A stretch of DNA of 64,000 bases from Paramecium tetraurelia (Eukaryota). The DNA lies in NCBI GenBank assembly GCA_000165425.1, contig CT868163.1, positions 248,001-312,000 of the forward strand, in the 5' to 3' direction. The notes beneath the pieces are model-generated. The model did not search any database, had not been told where the DNA came from, and was given only the letters and a program-made list of their open reading frames with translations. Below, in pieces: positions 37,904 to 51,696 of this stretch (the stretch's first letter is position 1; each line of letters starts with the position of its first letter). The translations under genes were made by a program, and so were the position numbers.

Positions 37904-38404
37904 ATGGACATATTAGAGCCCTTCTATAAAGACAGCACAAAAATATTAGAGCCTGAAAATGAAGAATTAGACAAAGGGTATCTCTTTTTAGGCAACATCA
38001 AATCGGCCTAACCCTACAATCTAGGACCTAAAAAAATTAATGCTGTTCTGACTGTAACTAAAGAATCGAAAGTTGTTTATGAAAATCCAAACATTAAACA
38101 TTTGAAATTGGATGTGGAAGATATTGAAAATCAAGATTTAGGTAAAAAATGAATTCGAAAAAATAGCATAATTTTTTGATTAGTGTCTTACATTTATAGA
38201 TGAAAATTTATAAAATGGCAATGTTTTAGTTCACTGCATGGCTGGAGTCTCTAGATCTGCCTCTATTGTAATAGCCTATATTATGAAAACTAAAAAATTA
38301 TCTTTTAGAGATGCCTTCTAATTTGTCAAAACAAAAAGAACCATTGTTTGGCCTAATGATGGCTTTATTGAACAATTAAAAAAGTTTGAAATACATTTAA
38401 ATGA
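37904..38404 (+). CDS. Dual-specificity protein phosphatase
   Basis: [29 protein letters not shown]; one intron. Confidence 0.92.
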
Positions 38405-38423
38405 TAATAAATGAACCATTTCA

Positions 38424-39537
38424 TCAAAAAATTAAATTTGGCATTTCTAATAAGCATGATTGCTTTTATCTTTTATGTGTAACGCCATTATTATTTTCTA
38501 AATTGTTTGAATTAGATAATAATTTCTTTGAAGCCTCAAATATGTCTGACAGTGTTGGAAATTTTAACAAATTGGGCTATTTCACCTTTGCCTCTTTTTA
38601 ATCTACTGCCTATTTTGAGGAGAAATTTGAATTATAACTGCACTATTTCACATAAGTTGAAGTTTAAGGTTATCGTTTCTTGATTTCAGGATTTTAAATG
38701 AATTCAATCATTTCTTTCAAAGATATTCTCTCTTCCTTTTAGACTTTAAGTAACTATTTAATTAAATATCTCAGTTAATCGTTATCAATATCTTAATCCA
38801 CAGCCATATCTATAAATTCTTATTCCATTTTCAAATGTAGATTATCTAAAAAAAATCTTATTGAAAATACCTTATTAGAACATAAATTTTTCTGAGTAAA
38901 GACTGTATAAACTCATGCCTAATGACCAGATATCACAGGTATGATCTATATTTTTAGAATATCCTTAAATTTCTATTTCTGGTGGAGCGAATTGTGGTGT
39001 GGCCTCAATGAATAATTCTTTATCGCCTGCATTGTCAAGAGGTTGGATTGAAGAGAAATCACAAAGAGCAAACTTTAGCTTATTCTACAATATCTTTTTG
39101 AAAACAATATTATCTGGCTTTACATCAAAATGAATGTAATTCGATTAATGAATTTCGATTAAAGCCTCAGCTATAGTTTAAGCAATTATAAATATATTTT
39201 CCTTAATTAATTCAATGGAAAGCTAGGTGAGATTGCCATTAAAAAGTTCGTATTCTGTAAATAAAAAGCCTCCAGGTATATTCTCAATTGGGTATGTTGT
39301 ATTTTTCCATTTAAAATCTTTAAGTTAATTCAATAGATCATAATTTTGCTTATAATATCGATGTTAGATTCGAACCGCTACATCTTCTTATTGCTTTATT
39401 TAATCAATAAACTTTTATGATTAATAGACTTTAGCACTAGCTCCAGATCCAATTATTTAATCGATGTGGTATTCAATATTTTTATATTTTACAACCTTGT
39501 CTTCTTGTGATACTTTCACCTTCCAATTATTATTCAT
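38424..39537 (-). CDS. Divergent protein kinase / probable pseudokinase
   Basis: GSGASAKV, VAVR (Lys to Arg), HFDVKPDN, DFS, APPE, DIWSLG. Confidence 0.8.
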
Positions 39538-39692
39538 TTCTATTAACGATACTTTGTATTAAATTCTATAAATTAATATAATGATTTTTCCTTAATAACT
39601 ATTTTCATATATCATAATCACATTGTTTTTGTAAATATAAGCGAATAAGAAATAAATAAATATAAAAATATTTTATCTGAATGTTAATCATT

Positions 39693-40720
39693 TCATGCTC
39701 TTTATTAAATTTAAGTACTAAATTATCCAATTCTCTGCTGATTCTATTAGATTGGATTATTTCTAAATGATGATTAAATCTACTAACTTTATTATCCAGG
39801 TGTTTATTACATTTAACTAGATTACCTAATATTGCAAGCAAATCCACTTCCTGGTGTGGCATTAACAATTTATTTTTAGGGTTAATTATTTTGATTTTGA
39901 GAAATGCTCTAGCGATTTTAATGTTGCTGTGGATTATTCGAGTCCTTTTAAATAAAATAGTTACCATTTAAAGGCTACTTATTTTATGCATTATTTTATT
40001 ATTAATTCAAGTCATTTTAAACATTTGTAAAATTGACATTCTATGGTTTAGGAAAAAAATTCATAGCGCCTGATTATTGATTCCCTTTCTTTTAGTTATT
40101 ATCTTAAGAAGAATTTTAAATCTATTAGGCAGGATTTTTTACTGCTACTTTTTCAATAGTTTCTTCTTTTTAAATTATATTATTTTTGTTTTGCAATTAT
40201 TAATCATAAGGTGAACTAAATTAATTTTGGTTATTATTTTAATAGAAGTTGCCATTATTCTATATATTTTGGGAAAGTTATGAAGCTCTAGAATTTTAAG
40301 TTGTACCTTATTACTATTCAAAAATGGGTTTGCTTTATTATTATTAATCATAAGGTGAAACATTTTATTGCTTCTAGTTATTATTTTAAAGAAAGTTGTT
40401 ATTCTATTGATTTGGAAAAGCTGATAGAGCTGGCTAATTTAACAATTTTCCTGATTGTTATTCAATAGTATTGTTGTTTTATTACTTTTGATCGTATGTT
40501 TAAATACTTTATTATCTATAATTAGTATTTTAAAGTTAATTGCCAATATATGTACTTACGAAAGGTCTTTTTACTACTTAGTTTTGCTATGGGTCTTCTT
40601 TTTTTTAATTTGTATTTTGGTTTTATTATTATTCATCAATTTTTTAATTATTCGTTTAAAGGAAATAACCTTTTTATTGGTTTTGCAAAGCTTAAACAGG
40701 GATTTAATTTTAATATCGTA

Positions 40721-40757
<37 letters not shown>

Positions 40758-42104
40758 TTTTTATTGAAAAGAATTTTTGGATTATTGTTCCATGGATTAA
40801 AAACTACTCTACTTTTATCCATTATTTTAAAGAAAACTGTCAATCTTTTAATTGTTTGATAATTTTGATACTGCCAAATTTTAATTTAATGTCGTATTCT
40901 GGGTTTAATGGATTGCTTAAGAATATTTTGTATCCTAGCTTAAGGAAGCTATTTAAGTTGAACCTTGTGGTTTAAATTATTATGAAGGATTAATTGCAGG
41001 TCTAATCGAAGTAGGATTATCACTAGTTTTAATCACCTACGGGGAACGAAAATCAAGTTTTTTAGTGGGTTCTGATTGTTCACTATTCCTTCCACGTGAA
41101 TAATTTAGATCAGCTTTTTATTATTGTTATTCTACTACTGGAGGTTTAAACGCATAATTCTTTCCAAAAAAATTTGGATTTGGCAACTATATATTATTAA
41201 AAACTCTTCCATCAGGCTTGCCCTTTATTCCAAATTTATCATCACTATCTCTATCTCTAACTTATGATGTTCCTCTCAAATCAGAAACAACCTGATTAAT
41301 ATTATACCTTTTTCGAATATCAATTTGAAGCATATTTAAGAGAAGAGTTTTATATTTCCTTTCTATTTGCAAACAATTATTAATTTTTTGATCGATACTT
41401 GCCTAAATCGAGTTTTTTATTTTAATATAGACTTCTTATTCATTTCGGCCTAACTTAAATAATAAATTACCATTAAATAATGGTTGTCCTGTCAATAATT
41501 CATAAATCAAAGCTCCAAATGCCCATACATCAACTGTTTATGAGTATAGAGTATCCTATCCATTCACTTATTCTGGAGCAAGATAATAAGCAGTACCAAC
41601 TTTTTAAGTTTTAAGCACATCTATTTATTTTATTGTACCAAAATCGCAAATTTTATATAAATCTTATGTTTTTCCGTTGTCATTAATCTAAAAAATCAAT
41701 ATATTTTCAGGTTTCAGATCTCGATGTGCATAACCTAAATCATGAATTTCTTTTATCCCATTCCCTATTTCTTTCATAATAAACCTTACTTCATCTGGTT
41801 GAATTGTACCTCTGTAAATAATCCGATCGTATAAACTTTCTTTACAATATTCCATTACTATGTAATATTTTCGATCTATTCTTTCAAAATTAAGAATATT
41901 GATTAAGTTTTTATGTTTTTTTCTTCTCATCATATCCAATACCTTTAATTCATCATCATTTATGCTATCTTATATTTTAATTGCTATTATTTATTAGGTG
42001 CTTTTATTTATTCCTTTTAAAACTTTTCCATAAGAACCTTATCCAAGTAGTTCTTTGAGAATATATGTATTTTATTCTATATTAACTTCGTCCCCTTCTC
42101 TCAT
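39693..42104 (-). CDS. Ser/Thr protein kinase with long Gln/Asn-rich tail
   Basis: GQGSYG, IAIK, HRDLKPEN, DFG, GTAYYLAPE; poly-Gln and an internal duplication in the tail. Confidence 0.88.
40721..40756. repeat. (ATT)n microsatellite encoding poly-Gln (TAA codons) on the minus strand
   Basis: About 12 perfect ATT units inside the kinase tail. Confidence 0.85.
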
Positions 42105-43060
42105 TTCTATTTCTATTAGAAATAAATATAAATAATTATGTTTTTTTTAAACTGAGAAATACATAAAATTGTGCTATGTTTAAATTTAGATATCTTTAAA
42201 CTTTGAATAGATTATGTATTCGCATTAGAAAAATTAAATCGATATAGTTAAACACTAAACTAATAGATAGATTCATTAGCAGAGACAAAAGAAGTTAAAT
42301 TAAAAACAATGAAGAAATACATGAAAATATATCTTAATAAATTAGTTGTGATAATTAGAGAATTTATAATTCTTTATTAAATCAGATAGAATTAAAAAAA
42401 AGCCAAAATAAATAATGAAATATTGCCAATCATTCAGAAATTATTGAGGAATATATTTTTTAATAGATCGATGGTGAAATGGAGATCAATAATGTAAGAA
42501 AAAATCAAGCATCTACAGGAAATGTTCTACAATTAATAAGATATTCCAAAAAAGGGTTTACTTGATTCTATTTTTTTGTTTTTATCAATAATTGATTAAC
42601 ATTAATTTTTTAATGAAATATTTTCAATAATTATATTATATGTTGATAAGAATATTATAAGAGAAATTATTATGGCCTTTAAATGTTAAAATATCATAAA
42701 AAAAAAAGAATCTGAAATATTTTATTGATAAACAAGTGATAGAACAACTGATTGTAAATGCAGAAGCAAATCCCTTTTAGAAATTAATTAATTTAAATCT
42801 GTAAATAGAATAATGTTTAAGAGTCAAATTTCATTTAATTAAAGTTGTTATCAAATTTAGAATAGACATAGAGTATTATTATAATATAAACCAAGATTGT
42901 GGAAGAGCAGATATATAAGTTGACTGAGAATTGAGTAGATAATGCGAACATACTGATGTTTACAGAGTTTAGAAAAACAATAAGAAAAGAATACATAATT
43001 TACAAATTAATTAGTGATTTTATTTAATATATTCTTTTTTGTTTTATTTAAATATTGGAT

Positions 43061-46000
43061 ATGCAACTATACAGTCTAACTTTACAAAAAAGCACAGGAA
43101 TACAAAAGGCTATATACGGAAATTTCTCAGGACCAAAAGCCCAAGAGATTGTTGTATCCAAAGTAAAGCATATTGAACTTCTGAAGATTAATGAGAGCAA
43201 GTATAATGATGTTGTATGATGTTTAGTGGTAAATTGGAGAACAATAGCATCACAAGAAGTATTTGGAATAATACGTTCAATTCATTCATTCAGATTTCCT
43301 GGAGTACATATTTTAATAAAATTTTAGAATAATAGAGATAACTTGGTTATTGGTAGTGATTCAGGTCGTGTAGTAGTATTGGGTTTTGATGGATTGAAAA
43401 ACATGTTTGTAAAAGTGCACTAAGAAACTTATGGAAAAACAGGATGCAGAAGGATAGTTCCTGGTTAATATTTGGCATGTGATCCTAAAGGGAGAGCATT
43501 TATGATAAGTGCTGTAGAAAAACATAAATTTGTATATATATTAACTAGAGAAAATGAAAAAATAACAATATCCTCTCCTTTAGAGGCGCCAAAATCTCAT
43601 ACTATTGTGTTTGATATTGTAGGGTTAGATGCTGGTTATGATAATGCTTAATTTGCAGCAATAGAATCAGATTATGGGGATTGGCAAGACAAGGACAGTG
43701 CAGTTTGCACAGGTATATAAACAAAATTCTTAACAATATATGAAATGGATTTTGGATTGAATACTGTGAGAAGGTAAAGATCGGATCCTATTCACATTTC
43801 TTCTCATGCCTTATTAATGGTTCCTAATGCACCTGATGGCCCAGGAGGTGTTATAGTGTTATGCGAAGATTTCTTGCATTATCGAGGGCCAAAGAATTAG
43901 GAAATGAAAGTGCCATATCCAAAAAATTAAGGAATGCCTACTGATAGAGGGGCAATGATAAGTTCATTTGGATTTTATAAATAAAAAGTAATGATCATTA
44001 ATATATATCGTAGTCATCCTTTTTATATTTGTTATAATCAGAGTATGGTGATTTATTTGAATTATCATTACAATTCACTAAAGATGAGGTTCATTCAATA
44101 AGAATGATCTATTTCGACACTATTCCAGTGGCTAATAGTCTATGTTTGATGAGAAGCAAGCATTTGTTTGCAGCTTGTGAGAAGGGAAATCATTGTTTCT
44201 ATAAATATTAAAGAGAGGAAACAAACACAAATATAATCTGTACAGATTCCAGTATGGCTTTGGAAGAATAAATATTTTTTAAGCCTTAAAAGCTTAAGCA
44301 TTTGTCACTCTTATAGGAACTCAATAATTTTAGTTGTATTAGTGATTTGAAGGTGGCTGATTTAGCAAAGGAAGGTAATCCATAAATATATATTTGTTGT
44401 GCTGCTGGTAATAGATCAACTTTAAGAGTCCTAAGACACGGTTTAGAAATAACACAATTGGCTAATACTAATTTGTAAGCAAAACCATTAGGAATTTGGA
44501 CTTTAAAGGAAAGATATGAAGATCCAGTCCATAAATATATAGTGATATCGTATATTAATAAAACTCTAGTCTTGAAAATTGGAGAAAAAGTCGAGCAAGT
44601 TCATGATACTGGATTGGAGGGAACAAAGCAAACAATTCATGTAGGAACATTGATAGATGATTCCTAAATTCAAATATTAACAAATGGATATCGACATATT
44701 AGAAAGAATAAGCCTCCTACTGATTACATTATAGATGGTAAGGTAATCAAGGGAGTTTCAAATGAAAAATAAGTAGCATTCGCCTTAGCTGGAGGAGATG
44801 TGTATTATTTTGAATTGGATACTACAAGTTTTTAAGGAAATTTGATAGAAATTACAAAGGATTAAATGGATAATGAAATTAAAGCCTTGGAATTGGGCCC
44901 TATCGAAGAGGGAAGATAGAGGTGCAAATTTTTGTGTGTGGCTTTGAGTGATTAGACTATTAGATTATTGAGTTTGGAACCTGAATCTTGTTTTGAAAGA
45001 GGAGCCATGCAAGCTTTGCCCAGTGAGGCTGAGAGCTTGTGTATGATGGAGATGGCATCTGAATAGGAAGGTTAATAAAGTTTTACTAAATAGTTATTTT
45101 TATTTATAGGGTTAAATAATGGTCTTCTAATGAGAACTTCAGTTGATTAATTGTCAGGAGGTTTGTCTGATACAAGAACAAGATATTTAGGAACAAAGCC
45201 TGTGAAATGTCTCAGAATTAATGCTAATTAACAATAGGCGATGTTGGCTTTGTCCTCTAGATCATGGTTATGTTATAATAATAGTGGTCGAATATTCATG
45301 CAACCATTATCTTATGATTATTTGGATTATGCTTCAGCATTCCTTGCTAAAGAATTTTAAGGTATTGTTGGTACTAATTAAAGTACTTTAAGAATCATCA
45401 TGCCAGAGAGATTTGGTGAAATATTTAATTAGTAGTCATTAGATTTGACATATTCACCCAGAAAAATGATTTTTCACGAACCTAGCAAGGCAATATTCAT
45501 TATTGAATCTGACAACCGATCTTATAACAATGTTGAATAGAAGGTATAAGAAGTCTACTAGACTTAAGAAATACCAGAACAATGGAATTAAGTTTAAGCT
45601 GAACAATATAAATGGGCATCATTGATTCGAATAGTCGATGCCACTAAATTGGAAACTATTAATGTACATCAATTCTATGAGAATTAACACGCATGTTCTA
45701 TTTGTTACATTTAATTTGCTGGCTACCCAGAGTAATACGTCTGTGTAGGAACAGTGAAAGATCTAGTGAATGAGCCGACTAGAAAATTCAGTCAAGGATT
45801 CATACATACATTTATCTATGATAATAAGACTTTAAAGTTAAAGCACTCAACACAAATTGATGAAATCCCATATGCTTTGGCTGCTTGGAGAGGCAGATTA
45901 CTAGTTGGAGCTGGTTGCAATCTTAGAGTTTATGAGATGGGAAATCAAAGAATTTTGAAGAAGGCAGAAATCAAAAATCTGAATTCATTTATTACTTCAA

Positions 46001-46704
46001 TTATGGTCAAAGAAGATAGAATTTACGTGGCTGAAGTCTCTGATTCTATTCATCTTCTTAGATATAATATTAGAGATCAGACATTTATGGAATTGGCAGA
46101 TGATATACTACCTAGATATGTAACTGCAAGTACTGTTCTTGATTATCATACTGTTATTGCTGGAGATAAATTTGAAAATATTTTTGTTAGCAGAGTTCCG
46201 TTAGATATCGATGAAGAATAAGAGGAGCATCCTTATGAATATAAAATGAAAATGGATCAGGGGTGCATGAATGGAGCTCCATTTAAAATGGATTAGATTT
46301 GCAATTTTTATGTAGGTGAAGTCATCACTAGTCTCCAAAAAATAGCACTAGTTTCCACCAGTTCTGAAGTAGTTGTCTATGGAACATCCATGGGATCAAT
46401 TGCAGCACTTTATCCATTCGATAACAAAGAGGATATCGATTTCTTCCTCCATCTTGAAATGTATCTTAGAGTTGAGCATCAACCTCTATCCGGAAGGGAT
46501 CATATGTAATTTAGATCTGCATATGGACCTTGCAAAGTAAATATTTCATATTTATGAATTCTTTAGTCTATAATCGATGGAGATTTGTGTGAATAGTTTG
46601 GAAATATGTAATATAACAAATAGAGAACTGTCGCAGAAGAATTTGATAGGACTCCAGCGGACATAATAAAGAAACTTGAAGACATAAGAAATAAAATTTT
46701 ATGA
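43061..46704 (+). CDS. SF3B3: Splicing factor 3B subunit 3 (SAP130/Rse1); apparent +1 frameshift near 43240
   Basis: MQLYSLTLQK, GNFSG, GSDSGR, HQETYGKTGCRRIVPGQY, LRVLRHGL, ADDILPRY, GRDHMQFRSAY, IDGDLCE. Confidence 0.96.
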
Positions 46705-46862
46705 ATGTTTTTAATTATGCAATAATAAAATACAACATCAATCATTACTTATTTATTATTTTAAGCATATCAATAAACAATTTTGTTATAGTAGCAAGAT
46801 TTTCGAATAAATTTCAATTGAAACATAATAATTTTTTATTTTAAAACAATAATTTGATTTTG

Positions 46863-48028
46863 ATGACAGAGATATCCCTGGATAAGAAAAAGAAATTATA
46901 TGTTTTAAAGAAATTTGATAGCGTTTCTCCACTTAAAGAAAGAGAATAAACTTAAAATATTTTCAATGGTAATTTTTATATTAATATTAAGGAGAGCAAC
47001 TTAGATTTCTTCATGGTATTTTAATATATTCATTAAATTCTCAGTAGGTTAGTAATAAAATTTACAATAAAGATAAATTGTTGGCAAGCTCGAATAATTT
47101 TTGAAATAAAGAGAATAATTTGAAACAGTACAAAAACAACAAAATTCATAATACAATTCGTCCAATTCTACGAAAATGTTCGCTAAGAGAATTACTCTTA
47201 GGAATTCTTCTCAGAAATCTCTATTTATCAGTTCCGAATAAAATCAGGAATAAAAATTAAAAAAATAAAAGGATTATTAAATAGTGTCTCAGCAGTTTTT
47301 ATTAGATTTTGTTAAAAAGACAGAAGTATAACAAATAACCATAATAGGATAGAATAAAAATGAATAATGAAATCGAGGAAGATTTAAAAAGGCTAAATGA
47401 TAAAAATAATCAACTTAGACAAACAAGAGCCCTAACAAAATTCTAATAATAACAATAAATTTGGGAACAACAAGTTGAAGAAGCAACGAGAAAATCAAAA
47501 AAATATGAGTATGATTCTGTCATCAGAAAATCAACTTGTAATAAATCTGAGTTTATTTTAGTATTTCGTGAAAAAGTTGAATAAATCGAACATTTTTAAG
47601 CCTTAAAGCAATAAGAAGGTACTGCAAGGGCTTCTGAATGGTATATGACATTAAGGGATAATTTAGGATAATCAAGATAATTATCTTAGGAGGAGAGAGA
47701 AAAAAAAAGAAGTGCATATCAGGATCCATTCAATTAGAATACTTATTATGTTGATTCCTCGAACAAACCAATTGAAATAATAAGAAATTAACAATAGTCA
47801 ACTTCTGTTTCCAAAAGTGGATTTAGAAGAAACAGCAGTTTAAGCTAAATAAATATCTTTAAATTGCCTCTCTATAAAACAGTCTAAACAATAGGGGAAG
47901 ACCTTTGTAATCTATAAATTGAAGGATAAAATGTTTTATAAAAGGAAACTGAATTAATAAAACATTATAACTCGAATGAGAAGTTCAGACTTTATAAATT
48001 AGAGAAGGAAACTGAAACAGAGGTCTGA
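46863..48028 (+). CDS. Hypothetical protein (weak resemblance to MYCBPAP N-terminal region)
   Basis: Four short introns maintain frame; RALTKFQQQQQIWE..FREKVE, WYMTLR, LQIEG motifs. Confidence 0.6.
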
Positions 48029-48071
48029 CTTAATATAGTATTATTAATATAATTATACACACTTTTATTTA

Positions 48072-48588
48072 ATGATAAATATTGTAAAAACTTTCATCAT
48101 TATTCTAGTTCCCATTAAGTTTATTGTTAACAGCCAAAGGATCAGATGTGGTATATTTAAAAGATTGATAAGTATAGGTAATTGAAGTTAAAGCTGGAGA
48201 TACATATGATGGTAAATTAGAATTATTAGATAAATTTATGAATGTTAAGTTGACAAATGTTAAGCATACTTCAAAAGTAAATAATATTCTTATTATCTTT
48301 ATCAGGATGGGAATTCATTTCATGGAATCAAAGAATTACTCATTAAAGGAAATTCAATTAAGTATTTTAGATTGGTATGAATAGTAATATTGATATTTAA
48401 GAATCCTGATGCTGAGAAAAAAGCTTAAGAGGAGGCTGAGATATGTAATTTTCCAATATAAAGTAGATGAGTAGCAATAATAGTAAAAATAATAAAAGTT
48501 AAATGAATAAAAATAATAAAGAAAATCATAAAATTAAAAACCAAGAGGAAAATCATATCCTTAAAAGCAACCTTAATAAAGAAGATGA
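48072..48588 (+). CDS. LSM4: Sm-like protein LSm4
   Basis: FPLSLLLTAKG..IEVKAGDTYDG..DKFMNVKL..TSKDG..IKGNSIKYFRL; five introns. Confidence 0.8.
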
Positions 48589-49844
48589 GTTATTTATTTT
48601 ATAGTAATGCATTAAATATTTTTATACATAACTCCTCAAACTCCCAATTAATATTTCTGAAAATTTTTACGTCTACCTTAATCATAATTTATTAAATTAT
48701 TAATATTTACCTATTTTTATTAATCATCTGATACAAAAACTCTATTTGGGATATATTATAATACAAAAAGTATAAATTATATATATAATAAAGGGTTTAT
48801 TTAGATCAATAAATTCACTGATTTAAAATCAAATCGTTCAATATTGAAAGTTTAATCTATTATATTTAAAATAAAAACATATCTAAGTACTTGATATTCA
48901 ATTTTCTATTTTAAATAGTCTTTAAAGATTATTTCAAAAGGATTATTCCATTTAACAACAAAAAAACAACTAGTCTGTAATTCTCAGAATAATAATAATT
49001 TATCTAGTCAATTACAATATACTGTGAGCATGGAAAATGCTTATGTTATTCGCTCAAAAATTCAAATTCACGAAAATCGAGTGACAATTGATACTGAGCC
49101 CAAATCTAAAGTTGTATTTTGCTTACTTAAGATGCGGTGTAAATAATTATTTAAGATGTATGAATTAATTTATAAATGGATTTTAAACTATTTCCTTATT
49201 TTTTTTAATATGTGAAGCGTCAAATAGGAATAATATTTGATTTTTAAACTGGAATCTTTCTGATATTACAAATACAAATTATCATAATAATTTAATAATA
49301 TTCTAAAAAATGGCTCTAACTGTATCAAAATATTAACAAATAAGTATTTTATTTGAAGTCATTTTTGGCAATTAATCCCTTGTTATTTCTTTTATCCTTA
49401 TGTATATATAGTGAATGTTATCATAATAATACACTAATGTTCCATTTCAAGTCATTTTTATAACTTATTTTGCATCAAAAATTGATTATTACACCTAAAT
49501 TATATTTTATTGAAGTTGAAAATAGTTATTATTTTGACATTTTTCATTTTTATTGAACTATAAACTTTGATTGTACTTGAAAATATTGTTATAAGTTGAT
49601 GCTTTTAAAAGCTTCTTGAATACATTAGCCAACTTTCTGATGGCAAAATTAAATAATGTTCTATGAATGCATAAATCCATACTCACAGGACTGATTTTTA
49701 AAAATGTAGCAGGTTTGTCTTTGCATAAAAAAAGTTATTGAATGAAAAATTTTAGGAGGATTATAGGAAATAATGTGATAAGATAATTTAAGAGGTTGAA
49801 ATTTTATAATTTTTTTTATTTATAATATCTATCATGATTATTAG

Positions 49845-51036
49845 TCATTTTTTCAACATCGCTTCACATTTGTCTTTCAATTATTTAACAATCTAACTAT
49901 TTTAATTTAAAATTAAAGCTTTTTCATAACAAATAAGCTTCTTGAAACTACTGAAGAGATTATATCATCCTATATTTTTCTTACATTATTAAACATGACC
50001 CTAAAATGTCTAAATTTATTACAACCTTTTGATTATAATATCCAAAATTCATCTGGTTTCTCATATAAGGCTTTGTCATAGAAAGTAATAGCTTCTTAAT
50101 ATTTTTCCAATTACTTTAAACAGTCGCCTAATTAAATTACTAAATTCTTTACCTTTCTTTGATAATATCTAGAAATTTTAAGGATTATAATTTAACGCCT
50201 AATCAAGCCAATCAATCGATTCTTTATATTATTATAACTTATATAAGGAATTTCCTATTCTTTATGATATTAAAGCTTACCTATTCCATACAAGGATTTA
50301 CTATTAGTCGAATCTAATTTCCAAACTTATTTAAACTGCATAAGAGCATCATTGAATTAGTTTGTAGAAAATAAACATTCACCTAACTAATTTTAGTTGT
50401 TACCTTTCCATAACATTACATCTATATTATTTGGATTGCACCTTAAAGAAGTATTAAAAGAACTTAAGGCTTATTGGTAATCTCCTTTTGTAAATAAAGT
50501 CAAACCTGACTTATAGAAACATATTTACCTTCAATGAAATAGTTTGTTGATTCAGCAGACTATTAGCAAGATGGTTTTTAATAAGTAGTTTCTTTAGATG
50601 CAAGGTTTATTAATTTTTAGTTTAAAGTATCTTCTAGATTTTGGGTTATAACTTCTATTTCTGTCAGATCTTTTTTAACATTGCTTAATTCCACTAGTTA
50701 GCCTAGCATTTAATTTATTTAATTGCTATTTAGAATCTACAATCTTGATTAGGATATTTAAAATTAGGCCCTAATGTTATCTTTTATTGAAAAAAAAAGA
50801 AATGCTATTTTATCTCCTAAATCCCCAAGAGTCTTAATTATATCCTTTTCACATTAAGTTGATATATCTTGAATGAAACTCGGTAAATAAGAAATTAAAT
50901 CTTAATCTTTTTGATGACCACAATGGAAACTTTATTTATAGCATTCATTGCAAGATAAGCGTGACATTTCACAACAGTTCAGATTAATACAATACCTTTC
51001 AACTTGCGAATTGTGATTTAGGATTGGACATTTCAT
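49845..51036 (-). CDS. Cys/His zinc-binding (B-box-like) + coiled-coil + TPR-repeat protein
   Basis: CPILNH..CINLNC..CNEC..HCGH; four 34-aa TPRs each on a 102-nt exon; last repeat disrupted. Confidence 0.82.
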
Positions 51037-51546
51037 TTTTATAAATATTATCATGAATATTATTAGAAAACAATTTTCAAATAGAAGGAACAAATAAATT
51101 ACCAAAAAGAAAATTTAAGGTTAGGTCTTTAATAGTTTCTTTATTCTTAAGAGTAGGAAAACTAAATATAAATATTAACCTCCTCAACCTTCTAATTGTA
51201 AATTATGTATTTTAGAAATAAAATTACTTATAGATGATTCATATTCTTTATCGAAAGTAATATTGGTTTATTCATTCGTACCTATTAATTAGTTTTAGAG
51301 AGATATTTGAAGTTGATTAGGATTGCACTGTTTTAAGATTGAGATTATTTAAGTTATAATTTAAGAGAAAGATGGTGGCATTGAAAGCAAGAAGTAAATG
51401 ATGTTTCCCTTAAGTTTGGTATATTATTTCTGATACCTTAATATGATTTTGTATATTTGTGTGGGATTTTATGTTTGTGTGTGTGTGGGCTTATCAGAGT
51501 TTCTCTCATTATTGTAAATGAAATTGTTCAAAAAGCATTATTAAAG

Positions 51547-51696
51547 NNNNNNNNNNNNNNNNNNNNNNNNNNNNNNNNNNNNNNNNNNNNNNNNNNNNNN
51601 NNNNNNNNNNNNNNNNNNNNNNNNNNNNNNNNNNNNNNNNNNNNNNNNNNNNNNNNNNNNNNNNNNNNNNNNNNNNNNNNNNNNNNNNNNNNNNNN
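51547..51696. other. Assembly gap (150 N)
   Basis: Run of n characters. Confidence 1.

Noticed and set aside
40455..40975. Overlapping poly-Ile/poly-Asn track ORFs
   Set aside because: Alternative frames of the TAA-encoded poly-Gln kinase tail
10225..43250. A general programmed +1 frameshifting system
   Set aside because: The shift sites share no common motif, TAA is a sense codon here, and one site lies in otherwise intact SF3B3; draft-assembly error is simpler
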